This document shows, in pieces, positions 1-10,007 of a DNA stretch of 64,000 bases. The notes under the pieces are model-generated. The model ran no database searches, had not been told where the DNA came from, and saw only the letters and a list, made by a program, of their open reading frames with translations. Every line of letters begins with the position of its first letter. Positions within the stretch are counted from its first letter, which is position 1. The stretch is from Smithellaceae bacterium (GTDB taxonomy: Bacteria > Desulfobacterota > Syntrophia > Syntrophales > Smithellaceae): positions 896,001 to 960,000 of the forward strand of contig CAXXVL010000001.1 in NCBI GenBank assembly GCA_963667845.2. Reading direction: 5' to 3'. The translations under genes were made by a program, and so were the position numbers.

Positions 1-1637
1 GTTACGATTACAATGTCCCGAAAACGATCCAGTATCCGAAGATTCCAGTACAGCAGCTTGTGCACCTTGCCGCCGCTACGTTCCCCCACAAGGCCGCAAC
101 AAATCTATATGGATCCAAGATGACGTTCCGTCAAATCCGTTCTCAGGTTCTGCGCCTGGCAAACGCGTTGATCAAATTCGGCGTAAAAAAGGGCGATCGC
201 GTCGGGCTCGCCCTTCCCAATTGTCCCCAGTACATCGTCGCTTACTATGCTGCCCTGTCCGCCGGTGCGATCGTCGTGAATATGAATCCGATGTATACGC
301 ACGACGAATTAAAATTCATGATGGAGAATTCAGGACTGGAGACTCTCTTCACCTTTGATACGGTTTTGCCAGTGATGCGGCCGCTGGCAAAAGAGCTGGG
401 ATTGAAGAATGTCGTTATCACGAAGGTGACGGACTATATCCAGGGTCTGCCGGTAAGCTCCGCCAAAAGCCTGGAGTTGGAAGCCCGATGGCATCATTTT
501 TCGGAACTGGTTGAAAGCAGCACCGACGAGAGCATGCCTAAAGTAGTCGTCAATTCCGAAGATCCCGCTCTGATCCAGTTTACGGGCGGAACGACAGGAT
601 TGCCGAAAGGCGCCCTGTTGACTCACGGCAACGTTATCGCCGCAACCTTACAGGGCACACTCTGGGGAAATTCGATTACGACGTATGTTCCCCATGCCCA
701 GCGGTCCGTTATCGGCGCCATTCCCTATTTCCACATATACGGAAACACCTTCTCAATGAACTGGGGCATGTTCAATGCCGCCACGCAGGTGCTGTTCCCG
801 AGATTCGACCTGGAAGAATTCATGAGTGTTATCGCCACCGTCGATGAAATCACATATTTCCCCGCCGTACCCACGATGGTGACCGCCATTGTCAGCCATC
901 CCAAGACCGCGGAACTTGACCTGGGATCGCGCATCCGGCTTTTAAGCACAGGCGGCGCTCCCATGCCCGTTGAGCTGATCCAGAAAGTCAAGGATATGGG
1001 CATCTTCTTCAATGAAGGATGGGGAATGAGTGAAACCACTTCGGCGGGTATCAGCATTCCGATTCTCCGTCATAAGCCGGGCTCCATCGGCTGTCCGGTT
1101 CCCGACAACGAGATCCGCCTGGTGGATTTGGAGACGGGAACGAAGGATGTCAAGCAAGGCGAGCCGGGTGAAATTCTGATTAAAGGGCCCTCCGTTATGA
1201 AAGAGTACTGGAATAATCCCGCTGAAACGGCAAACCAGCTCAAAGACGGCTGGCTCTCCACCGGTGATATCGCTCAGATGGATGAGGACGGTTATTTCTA
1301 TATCGTCGACCGGAAGAAGGATATGATCATTGCCGGCGGGTTCAATATTTATCCCAGGGAAGTTGACGAGGTTCTGTATCAGCATCCCAAGATCGCCGAA
1401 GCGGTGTCTGCCGGTGTTCCGGATGCCTACCGCGGCGAAACCGTCAAAGCATTCATCGTGCTGAAACCGGGCATGGAGGCAACCGACAAAGAAATTATCG
1501 CTTTCTGCAAAGAGAAGCTTGCGCCTTACAAAGTGCCGAAACTGATAGAATTCCGCAAGGAACTTCCGAAGTCCGCCGTCGGCAAAATTCTGCGCAAGAT
1601 TCTGCGCGACGAAGAAATGGCGAAAAGCAAGAAATAA
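1..1637 (+). CDS. fadD: Long-chain fatty-acid--CoA ligase (AMP-binding family), 5'-truncated by the window edge
   Basis: Frame is open from base 3 (YDYNVPKTIQYP...), so the GTG at 60 is probably internal. AMP-binding motifs FTGGTTGLPKG, GWGMSE, TGD, DRKKDMII, PKSAVGKILR. Confidence 0.9.
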   Translation, partial: YDYNVPKTIQYPKIPVQQLVHLAAATFPHKAATNLYGSKMTFRQIRSQVLRLANALIKFGVKKGDRVGLALPNCPQYIVAYYAALSAGAIVVNMNPMYTHDELKFMMENSGLETLFTFDTVLPVMRPLAKELGLKNVVITKVTDYIQGLPVSSAKSLELEARWHHFSELVESSTDESMPKVVVNSEDPALIQFTGGTTGLPKGALLTHGNVIAATLQGTLWGNSITTYVPHAQRSVIGAIPYFHIYGNTFSMNWGMFNAATQVLFPRFDLEEFMSVIATVDEITYFPAVPTMVTAIVSHPKTAELDLGSRIRLLSTGGAPMPVELIQKVKDMGIFFNEGWGMSETTSAGISIPILRHKPGSIGCPVPDNEIRLVDLETGTKDVKQGEPGEILIKGPSVMKEYWNNPAETANQLKDGWLSTGDIAQMDEDGYFYIVDRKKDMIIAGGFNIYPREVDEVLYQHPKIAEAVSAGVPDAYRGETVKAFIVLKPGMEATDKEIIAFCKEKLAPYKVPKLIEFRKELPKSAVGKILRKILRDEEMAKSKK

Positions 1638-1663
1638 TCCGGATCAGGAAATAGCTTGATGTT

Positions 1664-1697
1664 TATCCCCTCCTTGGAGAAAACCAGGGAGGGGATA
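1664..1697. repeat. Inverted repeat/hairpin after fadD
   Basis: TATCCCCTCCTTGG-agaaaa-CCAGGGAGGGGATA, a 14-bp stem with one G-U pair and no clear U-tract. Confidence 0.5.
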
Positions 1698-1991
1698 CCG
1701 ACCCGTGAGGATGTTCCGTTTGCGGGTGATCGAGTCAGTGAGGGAAAAGAAGAAAGAAGAGGAGCTGAAGAGAATCCCCTGCCTGGGGGTGGCCAAAACC
1801 ACTGAAGGGATTTGAGGCGGAAAAAAGCGTTCAGCGGCAAGGCAAAATGAAATCGTTTGACAGAAGAACTAATCGATGATTCGATTCAGCAGGTAGACTC
1901 GGAAGGGCAGGTTGTGAGACCTGTCCTTCCCGTTGTTTCAAACTGCCTGATGTCTGCCACAGTCTTGAAAATAAACCTTAAGGAGTAGAAT

Positions 1992-3533
1992 ATGATCAAA
2001 ACAGTAGAACAGTATTTGGAAAGCTTGAATGACGGCCGGGAAGTCTGGTGCCTGGGAGAAAAGGTTAAGGATGTCCGAACCCATCCAAGCGTGAGCACCA
2101 TCATCAGAACGGCGACCATGGACTATGTCCTGCCCAACCATCCCGATTATCGGCATCTCTTTGTGACCAAAGACAAAGACGGCGAGGACATCAATTTCCT
2201 GCTCACCTCTCCGAGAACGTCGGAAGAAATGCTCCGAAGGCGGGAATGCTACACCGTCGGCATCCGGTCCGGCGGCGGCGTGATTGTGCACTGCATGGGT
2301 GCTGATGCGCTGGCAGCCTTTTCCGTTGCCGCCCAGGTCATGGACAAGAACCTGGGGACTGGATACATAGAGCGCGTCGAGAATTACCGCAGATATCTGC
2401 AGAAGAACGACTTGGCCATCACCGGCGCGATCACCGATGTCAAGGGAGACCGAAGCCTCCATCCTTCAAAACAGAAGCAACACCAGGACTTTTACCTGAA
2501 GATCGTGGACAGACGGAAGGATGGCATTGTGGTTCGGGGTGCCAAAGTGCATATCAGCGCCTCTCCCTGCGCCAATGAACTCCTCTGCCTGCCCTGCCGA
2601 ACGCATGGTGAGGCGGACAAGGACTATGCCCTGGGCTTTGCTGTATCCGTTAACACGCCCGGTGTCAAACTTTTAGGCGTCGAGCCGAACTTCCGGCTTT
2701 ACGGAGACGAGTGCGAATTTGACTATCCCGTTTCGGACCATATGCAACCGTCAGAATCCCTGATCATCTTCGACGACGTCTTCGTACCCTGGGAACGGGT
2801 CTTCATGTGCGGCGAGTGGCAGTACTCCCAGGTCCTGGCCTATGCCTTCGCCAGTTATCACCGCCTCTTCGGCACCTGCAAAATGACGGGGACCCTCGAA
2901 ACCATGACCGGAGCAGCGAGTCTGATCGCCGAGTATAACGGCGTCCAGAATGTCCCGCACGTGCGCAAGAAGCTGGCCTGGATGGCCTATATTACGGAAA
3001 CGGTGCAGATGCTGGGCAAACAAGCCTGCCTCGAGCCGATGACCGAGTTCGGCATGGACGTGATGATGCCCAACCGTATGGCCATCAATGCGTCGAAGTT
3101 CACCTATGCGAGCAATATCCACACCATGTGCCAGCACATGCAGGATATCGGCGGCGGCTTGACCACGACGGTGCCGACTTTCCGGGACTGGAAAAATCCC
3201 GATATCCAGCCCTACATCGAAAAGTACCTGGCGGCCAAAGACGGCGTGTCCACGGAGGACCGGATTCGCATTTTGCGGCTCATCAAGGACATCACCGGGA
3301 ATCACTATCAGATCGACACCATTCACGGCGAAGGATCCATGGCTGCCCAGGAGATGTTCCTCTATACCAGCGCCAACTGGAAAAAGCTCCAATCGGCGGC
3401 GAAACGGGCGGCCCATGTCGACGGGTGGCAGGATGATTCCACCTATGGGAAGCTGCCGCTGAGGAAAGATTTTGTAAAAATGCCTCCCATTGATGAATCC
3501 TACAAAAGCTTTGCACCAACGGCAAAAAAGTAA
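1992..3533 (+). CDS. 4-hydroxybutyryl-CoA dehydratase-like / 4-hydroxyphenylacetate 3-hydroxylase family flavoprotein
   Basis: AITDVKGDRS, GIVVRGAKVHIS, FDDVFVPWERVF, YHR...CK, HGEGS; RBS AAGGAG upstream. Confidence 0.8.
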   Translation: MIKTVEQYLESLNDGREVWCLGEKVKDVRTHPSVSTIIRTATMDYVLPNHPDYRHLFVTKDKDGEDINFLLTSPRTSEEMLRRRECYTVGIRSGGGVIVHCMGADALAAFSVAAQVMDKNLGTGYIERVENYRRYLQKNDLAITGAITDVKGDRSLHPSKQKQHQDFYLKIVDRRKDGIVVRGAKVHISASPCANELLCLPCRTHGEADKDYALGFAVSVNTPGVKLLGVEPNFRLYGDECEFDYPVSDHMQPSESLIIFDDVFVPWERVFMCGEWQYSQVLAYAFASYHRLFGTCKMTGTLETMTGAASLIAEYNGVQNVPHVRKKLAWMAYITETVQMLGKQACLEPMTEFGMDVMMPNRMAINASKFTYASNIHTMCQHMQDIGGGLTTTVPTFRDWKNPDIQPYIEKYLAAKDGVSTEDRIRILRLIKDITGNHYQIDTIHGEGSMAAQEMFLYTSANWKKLQSAAKRAAHVDGWQDDSTYGKLPLRKDFVKMPPIDESYKSFAPTAKK

Positions 3534-3581
3534 TATACGCTCGCAGCGTTAAAATTTATTATCCATAAGGAGTACCGAACG

Positions 3582-5444
3582 ATGAGCAATTTGTTAGTGA
3601 ACACCAGAGATCAACAGTTTGTTTTGTTTGAGCAATTGGGCATTGAAAAGCTATTCGAGTATGAAGCATATAAAGATTTTTCGAAAGATGATCTGACGAT
3701 GATCTTGAATGAAGCCGAAAAGCTGGCCGTCAATGTACTCGCGCCGGCTTGCAAAGAAGGAGACGAAGAAGGCTGCCACATTAAAAACGGCGTCGTCAGC
3801 GTTCCCAAAGCTTTTCGCGAACCCTATAAAAAATACTGTGAAGGCGGCTGGATCAACCCGATGGATTCACCCGAAGTCGGCGGACAGGGCCTTCCCGCGG
3901 CCGTCGGTTTTGCCGCTATCGAATTCTTCGGAGCCGCCAACTACGCTTTTTCCATGTATCCGGGTCTCACGCATGGTGCCGCCACTCTCATTCACGCCTA
4001 TGGCACCGAGGAGCAGAAAAGAAAGTACATGGATAGAATGTTCTCCGGAGAATGGACGGGTACGATGTGCCTCACCGAGCCGGGTGCGGGCAGTGACGTC
4101 GGCGCGTTGAAGACTACCGCCAAGAAGCTGCCCGACGGCAAATACCTGATCACAGGTACCAAATGCTTTATCTCTGCGGGCGATCATGATCTGACACCGA
4201 ATATTATTCATCCGGTTCTCGCGCGCATCGAAGGCGATCCCGCCGGAACCAAGGGCATTTCCATTTTCATCGTTCCGAAGATTACGGTTAACGACGACGG
4301 GTCGCTTGGCGAATCCAATGATGTGAAAACAGGCGGCATTGAGCACAAGATGGGCATCAAGGGATCGGCGACTGCCACGCTGAACTTCGGCGAAGACGGA
4401 AAATGCGTCGGCGAACTTCTGGGTAATGAACGTGAAGGCATCAAGATCATGTTCATGATGATGAATGAAGCAAGGCTCGGAACGGGCATGCAGGGACTGG
4501 TTCTTTCCTCTGCCGCACTGGAACATGCAGTTTCCTATGCAAAAGAACGCGTTCAGGGAAATGCGATCTGGGACATGAAGAATCCCGATGCCAAACCGGT
4601 AACCATCATCAATCACCCCGATGTCCGCAGGAAGCTTTTGTGGATGAAATCTCACGTCGAAGGTTCACGCAGCCTTTGCTACTTCACAGCTTTCTGTATT
4701 GACATGGCAAAGGTCGCCAAAACGGAAGAGGAAAAAGCCAAGTGGGAAGGCCTGCTGGATCTCATGACACCGGTCGTCAAAGCCTGGACAACGGACAAGG
4801 GACTTCTGTCCTGCTCGCTGGCGATGGATGTTTACGGCGGCTATGGCTACTGCCAGGAATACCCGGTGGAACAGTATCTGCGCGATGAGAAGATCGCTAC
4901 CATTTATGAAGGAACCAACGGAATTCAGGCGCTCGATCTGGTCGGACGCAAACTCGGACAGCGCAAGGGCGCCAATGTGATGAATCTGGCGGGAATGATC
5001 CAGAAAACCATCGCTGATGCCAAGAAGAATCCGGAACTTGCCAAATACGCAGTCGTTCTGGAAGAAGCGTCCAACGCCTGTCTGGAACTCACCATGTTCT
5101 TTGCTCAGGCCGGAAAGTCGGGCAATTTCCTCTTACCGATTCTGAACGCCTGCAAGTTTCTGGAGATCTTCGGAGATGTCATCGTCGGTCATCTGCTTCT
5201 GGAGGCTGCCGGCACCGCTCATGGAAAGCTGGCCGCTATTTATGAGGCCAACGGCGCTGATTCCGCCGGCAAGCAGAAGGGCTTGCAGAAAAGCGACAGG
5301 GACGCCGCCTTCTACAGCGGCAGAATTGCTTCGGCTAAATTCTTCGCCAATGAAATTCTGACCACGGTGAAGGCCCGCTGCGAAGCCGTTAAGATGGATG
5401 AAAAATCCCCGCTCGAAATTACGGAAGAAGCTTTTGCCTGGTAG
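3582..5444 (+). CDS. Acyl-CoA dehydrogenase (long type with C-terminal extension)
   Basis: MCLTEPGAGSD, GTKCFIS, EHKMGIKGSAT, GGYGYCQEYPVEQYLRD, IYEGTNGIQALDL. Confidence 0.92.
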   Translation: MSNLLVNTRDQQFVLFEQLGIEKLFEYEAYKDFSKDDLTMILNEAEKLAVNVLAPACKEGDEEGCHIKNGVVSVPKAFREPYKKYCEGGWINPMDSPEVGGQGLPAAVGFAAIEFFGAANYAFSMYPGLTHGAATLIHAYGTEEQKRKYMDRMFSGEWTGTMCLTEPGAGSDVGALKTTAKKLPDGKYLITGTKCFISAGDHDLTPNIIHPVLARIEGDPAGTKGISIFIVPKITVNDDGSLGESNDVKTGGIEHKMGIKGSATATLNFGEDGKCVGELLGNEREGIKIMFMMMNEARLGTGMQGLVLSSAALEHAVSYAKERVQGNAIWDMKNPDAKPVTIINHPDVRRKLLWMKSHVEGSRSLCYFTAFCIDMAKVAKTEEEKAKWEGLLDLMTPVVKAWTTDKGLLSCSLAMDVYGGYGYCQEYPVEQYLRDEKIATIYEGTNGIQALDLVGRKLGQRKGANVMNLAGMIQKTIADAKKNPELAKYAVVLEEASNACLELTMFFAQAGKSGNFLLPILNACKFLEIFGDVIVGHLLLEAAGTAHGKLAAIYEANGADSAGKQKGLQKSDRDAAFYSGRIASAKFFANEILTTVKARCEAVKMDEKSPLEITEEAFAW

Positions 5445-5469
5445 GCTGTGATTCGACATCTTTTAAATT

Positions 5470-5507
5470 AAAAAAGGGGCTGCGGCTTTTTTCCGTAGCC
5501 CCTTTTT
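5470..5507. terminator. Bidirectional intrinsic terminator between convergent genes
   Basis: AAAAAAGGGGCTGCGG-loop-CCGTAGCCCCTTTTT, with A- and T-tracts on the two sides. Confidence 0.85.
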
Positions 5508-5574
5508 ATGAGATGGAATGACTATCGTCAAAAAAGTGTCGATTGATCAACGGAAATCAAAAACACGCCCGCTT

Positions 5575-8500
5575 TCAGGCCGTCAGCATCCGGTAGATTC
5601 TGGTAATTTTTTCGGGCAGCTTGACCACGTCGTCGATGACTGTCCAGCTGCTGTGGCTGTACATGCGCGGCAGATATTCGGCGGCGGTTTTATCGACGGT
5701 GATGCAGAAGGTCTTGATGCCGAAATGCTGGGCTTCTTTCAGGGCCATGCGCGTATCCTCGATCGCATAGGTTCCGGAGTATTCCTTGTCCACCGGTTTG
5801 CCGTCGCTTAAGAGAATCATCAGTTTCGTTCTTTCCTGCCTGCGTCTTAACTTGCTGATGGTGTGCCGGATGGCCGTTCCGTCGCGGTTTTCGAAACGGT
5901 CCTCGATGGCGGAAATCCTTTTCTTGGTTTTCTCATCATAAGCGTCGTCGAAATCCTTGATGCGGTAGAAATCGACATTGTCGCGGTTGTCGCCGGAAAA
6001 TCCATAAATCGCGAAAGCGTCGCCGACTTCATGCAGGGCTTCCGACATGATAATCAATGATTCCTTTTCCCGTTCAATGGTCGCTCCTTTGGTGCTGCGG
6101 CTCATATCGATGAGGAAGGCGACCGCGATGTCGCGCTTTCTCTTTTGAATGAGGGTATAATTCTTTTCGGAGGGAGAAATGCCCGCCTTCTTATCCACCA
6201 GAAATTCCACCACGGCGTCCAGATCGATATCATCGCCGTCATACTGGCGCTTGAGTTTGGCGAAGCCCTCCGGCTTAAGCATCTGGAATTCACGCCGGAT
6301 CTTCTTCAGCAAGCCCGCATAGCGCTCGGCCGCATCGCGATAAAAATCCAGGGAGTTCCCCGCATGGGTTTGCTCACGGATTCTCGCCCAGTTCGCGCGA
6401 TAGTCATTAATGTCTTCACCCCATTCGTTATAAAGCGATGTTCCCCGTTCGCTCTGGAGTTCCGTTTTTTTATCGAGCGATGCTTCGAGACTGCGCATGA
6501 AAAGAAATACGTCATTCGGATGGAGCGCTTCCACACGCCGTTCGATTTCCCGGGGTGTGATTCCTTTTTCCTGATACACGGCCCTGAGCAGCCGTTCGAT
6601 TTTTTCCGGCGAGTCGTATTTCATGGCGTGATCAGTGTCGCCGGCCTCATCCCCGCGGCTTTCCGCAGAGCCTGCCTCCTGCTTCCCGCCGGCAGACGAG
6701 CCGCGGAAACTTTGCTGTTGCTCACCTGTCCGGTGGTGTCTTTCGGAGACATTATCAGCGTTCGGCCGTGTCTGGGTGGGGGTTGTATCGCTTTCCGGAT
6801 TGCTCTGCGCTTCCACCTGCGACCCGGACGACCTTTGCTGGGACGACTGTCGGCCCTGGAGACGATTCTGGATCTGCTGCGATGTTTTGCCGAAACTGCC
6901 GATGTTTTGCGAGACCATATCCTGATCCAGCGGTTTGGAGGTCGGTTTGATGGCCCGGTAGGGTTCCCGGAAAGCCTCATCAATCATTCTGTAAACGTCT
7001 GTTGCCAGGCGTGCAGCCGTATGGACATCCGCTTCCGGTCTTTGCAGGACACCTGACAGATCAAGTGTTTTCCGGAGGATCGGAATCGCAGGATCAATCG
7101 CATCGGAGAATACTTTTCCCGCCATTAAAGACTGGGCGATCATCTCCGCGGTCCGCTGCTTGGGGTTGGTCATTTTTCCGGGCGCGCGCCGCTTCAGGGT
7201 CATATGACGGTGCATGGCGGCAATGTCCTCACCCAGTGCCGGATATTCCCGTTTCAGAATGCATTCAATCCTGAAGTCCTCCAGCAGATTAAAAAGATCA
7301 TGTGCGAGATCCGGTTCCGGAAACAAACGGAAAAAGCGGTCGATATCGCTCTCATCTTCCACGACTTCCTTTTCTCCGTAATGCACTGCGATTTGGCCGA
7401 TTGTTTCATTTATTTTGACGATATCAAACTCAAAGCTCCCGTATTCCAGATGGGCTTCCTGGTGGGTAGCGGATACTTTATAGAGTCTGAAATTATCCTC
7501 TCGGTCCTGAAAATCCTTTATTCGTTTGGGAAGGTAAATTTTTCTGCCGTCCGTATAAACCGTCTCGGCCTCGGCAATTTCCACGCGGCGCCCCAGCAGG
7601 GCTCGCAGATAGGTGGATAAAACATGCTTGACGGTTTTGAGTTCCAGACCCTTGGGGATGCCTTCCATGAAATCGCTGAAGGCGGGCGAATCGCCCGTCA
7701 GAAAGGACAGCGCCTTTTCTTCGTCGTCTTTTGCCGTGCTTTCGACAAACGACGCAATCATGCCGAAGCCTTCCAATCCAACCCAGTTGATGAACTCGGG
7801 GCTTTTTTCAAGAAGCTTCACGGCAATTGCCGCGCTGGTCCGGGCCATCAGGGCAGCATACTTATAGACGCCATAAGCGATGGTTCGGTCCCCGGCACGA
7901 TTGAGTCTGTCAATCAGACGCGGACTCTTTTCCACGACGGTGACAGCAGCCCGCCAGTCTTTTTCCGCGATGGTCGAAGCGCAGTTAACAAGAATTTCCA
8001 GGCCCTCAAAGCCCATTTTATCAATGACGGCAGGGCTGACATCCAGAAGACGATTGGCGATTTTTCCACTGTTGTAAGTATTTTTGTTCATCAGAGCGGA
8101 CAGTTTGGAAAGCCCGTCCGCGCCGATCCTGGCCAGCAATCCGGGGCTTTTTTCCAGAAGCGTGGATGCGAGCATCCAATCGGAAGACGCCGCATCGTTG
8201 GCAAACGCATAAACACGTAGGGCCAGCGCAGCGCCGCCATGGGGCAGCAGGCGATCGATCAGGTCGGGACTCTTCTCCAGAATGCTTACGGCCCCGTAAC
8301 TATTCTGGCGGGCGACCAGACTTGCCAGAGAGGCTATCTGTTCCAGGCCGGCATAACCCACCCGTTCGATGATCGCAGGGCTTGTCTCCAGCAGACTGAC
8401 TGCTGTTGTCCAGCTCTCCAGACCTGCCCGGTGAGCCATATCCTCGATCTTTTCCAGGCCGTCATAACCGATCAGCCTGATGATCTCCGGGCTTTGGTTG

Positions 8501-9996
8501 AGTAGACTCAAAGCCATCCTGGCATTGTATTTTACGATACGGCCCCCGAGATGACAGACTTTTGTAATGAGCGATGGATCTCCAAGTTTCAGGAGCCTGT
8601 CGATGATCGAAGGACATTTATCCAGAAGGCCAACGGCCACCGACCAGCTTTCCTGGGCCAGCACAGAGGCGAAGTCGCCGATCATTTTCAGCCCGTCAAT
8701 TCCAATGCGGTCTATCAGATCGGGACTTTTCAAAAGAAGCCGGTCCGCCGTTTCCCAACTGCGGGAGGCTATGCCGATTCCCAGTGCGCCGATTTTCATC
8801 AATCCTGCCATCCCGGATTTCTCCAGAATGGCCGGGGCGATATCCAGAAACGTTACAGCCGCATTGTGGCTCAGGGAGGCCAAATCGCTCGCCATGTCCG
8901 CAATTTGAGCCAGGCCGTCGTCGTCTTGCCGCTGGGCCAGTTCGACGCTTGCAGTGATGAATCGGAGAGCAACCTGAGAACTGACGGGGGAGAGTTTTTG
9001 TCCGAGACGATAAATATTTTCCGTTCGTGTTGCGCCAAACCGGAGCTGCAGACGTTCCGCAGTTTCCGGGCTCTTCAATAACATGGCGACCGCGTTTTCC
9101 GGATTGTCTTTGGCCATGGCAAAAGCACATTGCCAGATTTCCTGCGCACCGTCCGGCCCAAGACGGTCAATCAGAGCGGGGGCGGTTTCCAGGAAGGTAT
9201 AGGCCATCCGGGCGCTGAAAGAAGATGCTTTTTCAGCGCGGTCGAGAAGCATTGCCGGTAGCCGTGCCCGTGTGCGCATGGCCGGTTTGTCCAGGATGAC
9301 CGGTATTTTTTCGATGAGGTCCATGGCGATATTCCAATCGTCCCGGGCCATCACGGAAGCCAGGCTGTATAAGGTCAGGCACGAAGGGCTATCCGCACCT
9401 GATTCCATCATCCGACCAATTCGGAAGAGGCTTTCTTCAACAACTTTAATGGAATGAGCCCAGCTGAAATGCGCGACCGTGGTGGCGAAGGCTGCCACTT
9501 TGCGCAGGCCTTCAAAACCAATCCGGCGAATAATGGCCGGGCTTTCCCCGACAACGCTCATTGCCGTCCGGACATTGACCTGCGCGACACTGCAGCCCAG
9601 GGCCGCGGTTTGGGTCAGGGTTTCGAAGTCATTTTCAGCCCCAAGGGTGGGACTGACTTCCAGAAAACGCACGGCAAGTGCGGTGCCGTATGGAATCATC
9701 TGATGAGCGATATCGACGACGTTCAGGAGGGTTTCATCGCCCGCAAGAAGAAGTTTGCCGATAATGTCCGGACATTCCTCAAGCAGGACAAAGGCGGCAC
9801 GGCGATCATTTTCGGCGATTCGGGTAATCATTGCCAGAATCAAATCAATGCTTCCTTCGCCGAAACGCTCGGCGACAGGAGCCAATGCCGCACCCAACCT
9901 GGCCATCAATTCATATCCGGCATCTTCAGCAAACGCTCCGGAGCCTTCGGTGAAGCCGGCATTTTTGATGATGTCTCTAATTCGATTGTCAGTCAT
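5575..9996 (-). CDS. CbbO/NorD-family VWA protein with a long N-terminal helical-repeat region
   Basis: C-terminal VWA (FLIDMSRST MIDAS, NRDGTAIRH, LLSDGKP), YNEW and GDDIDLDA NorD-type motifs; lies next to a CbbQ/NorQ ATPase. Confidence 0.85.
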   Translation of the reverse strand: MTDNRIRDIIKNAGFTEGSGAFAEDAGYELMARLGAALAPVAERFGEGSIDLILAMITRIAENDRRAAFVLLEECPDIIGKLLLAGDETLLNVVDIAHQMIPYGTALAVRFLEVSPTLGAENDFETLTQTAALGCSVAQVNVRTAMSVVGESPAIIRRIGFEGLRKVAAFATTVAHFSWAHSIKVVEESLFRIGRMMESGADSPSCLTLYSLASVMARDDWNIAMDLIEKIPVILDKPAMRTRARLPAMLLDRAEKASSFSARMAYTFLETAPALIDRLGPDGAQEIWQCAFAMAKDNPENAVAMLLKSPETAERLQLRFGATRTENIYRLGQKLSPVSSQVALRFITASVELAQRQDDDGLAQIADMASDLASLSHNAAVTFLDIAPAILEKSGMAGLMKIGALGIGIASRSWETADRLLLKSPDLIDRIGIDGLKMIGDFASVLAQESWSVAVGLLDKCPSIIDRLLKLGDPSLITKVCHLGGRIVKYNARMALSLLNQSPEIIRLIGYDGLEKIEDMAHRAGLESWTTAVSLLETSPAIIERVGYAGLEQIASLASLVARQNSYGAVSILEKSPDLIDRLLPHGGAALALRVYAFANDAASSDWMLASTLLEKSPGLLARIGADGLSKLSALMNKNTYNSGKIANRLLDVSPAVIDKMGFEGLEILVNCASTIAEKDWRAAVTVVEKSPRLIDRLNRAGDRTIAYGVYKYAALMARTSAAIAVKLLEKSPEFINWVGLEGFGMIASFVESTAKDDEEKALSFLTGDSPAFSDFMEGIPKGLELKTVKHVLSTYLRALLGRRVEIAEAETVYTDGRKIYLPKRIKDFQDREDNFRLYKVSATHQEAHLEYGSFEFDIVKINETIGQIAVHYGEKEVVEDESDIDRFFRLFPEPDLAHDLFNLLEDFRIECILKREYPALGEDIAAMHRHMTLKRRAPGKMTNPKQRTAEMIAQSLMAGKVFSDAIDPAIPILRKTLDLSGVLQRPEADVHTAARLATDVYRMIDEAFREPYRAIKPTSKPLDQDMVSQNIGSFGKTSQQIQNRLQGRQSSQQRSSGSQVEAQSNPESDTTPTQTRPNADNVSERHHRTGEQQQSFRGSSAGGKQEAGSAESRGDEAGDTDHAMKYDSPEKIERLLRAVYQEKGITPREIERRVEALHPNDVFLFMRSLEASLDKKTELQSERGTSLYNEWGEDINDYRANWARIREQTHAGNSLDFYRDAAERYAGLLKKIRREFQMLKPEGFAKLKRQYDGDDIDLDAVVEFLVDKKAGISPSEKNYTLIQKRKRDIAVAFLIDMSRSTKGATIEREKESLIIMSEALHEVGDAFAIYGFSGDNRDNVDFYRIKDFDDAYDEKTKKRISAIEDRFENRDGTAIRHTISKLRRRQERTKLMILLSDGKPVDKEYSGTYAIEDTRMALKEAQHFGIKTFCITVDKTAAEYLPRMYSHSSWTVIDDVVKLPEKITRIYRMLTA

Positions 9997-10007
9997 TCAT
10001 TCACCGG

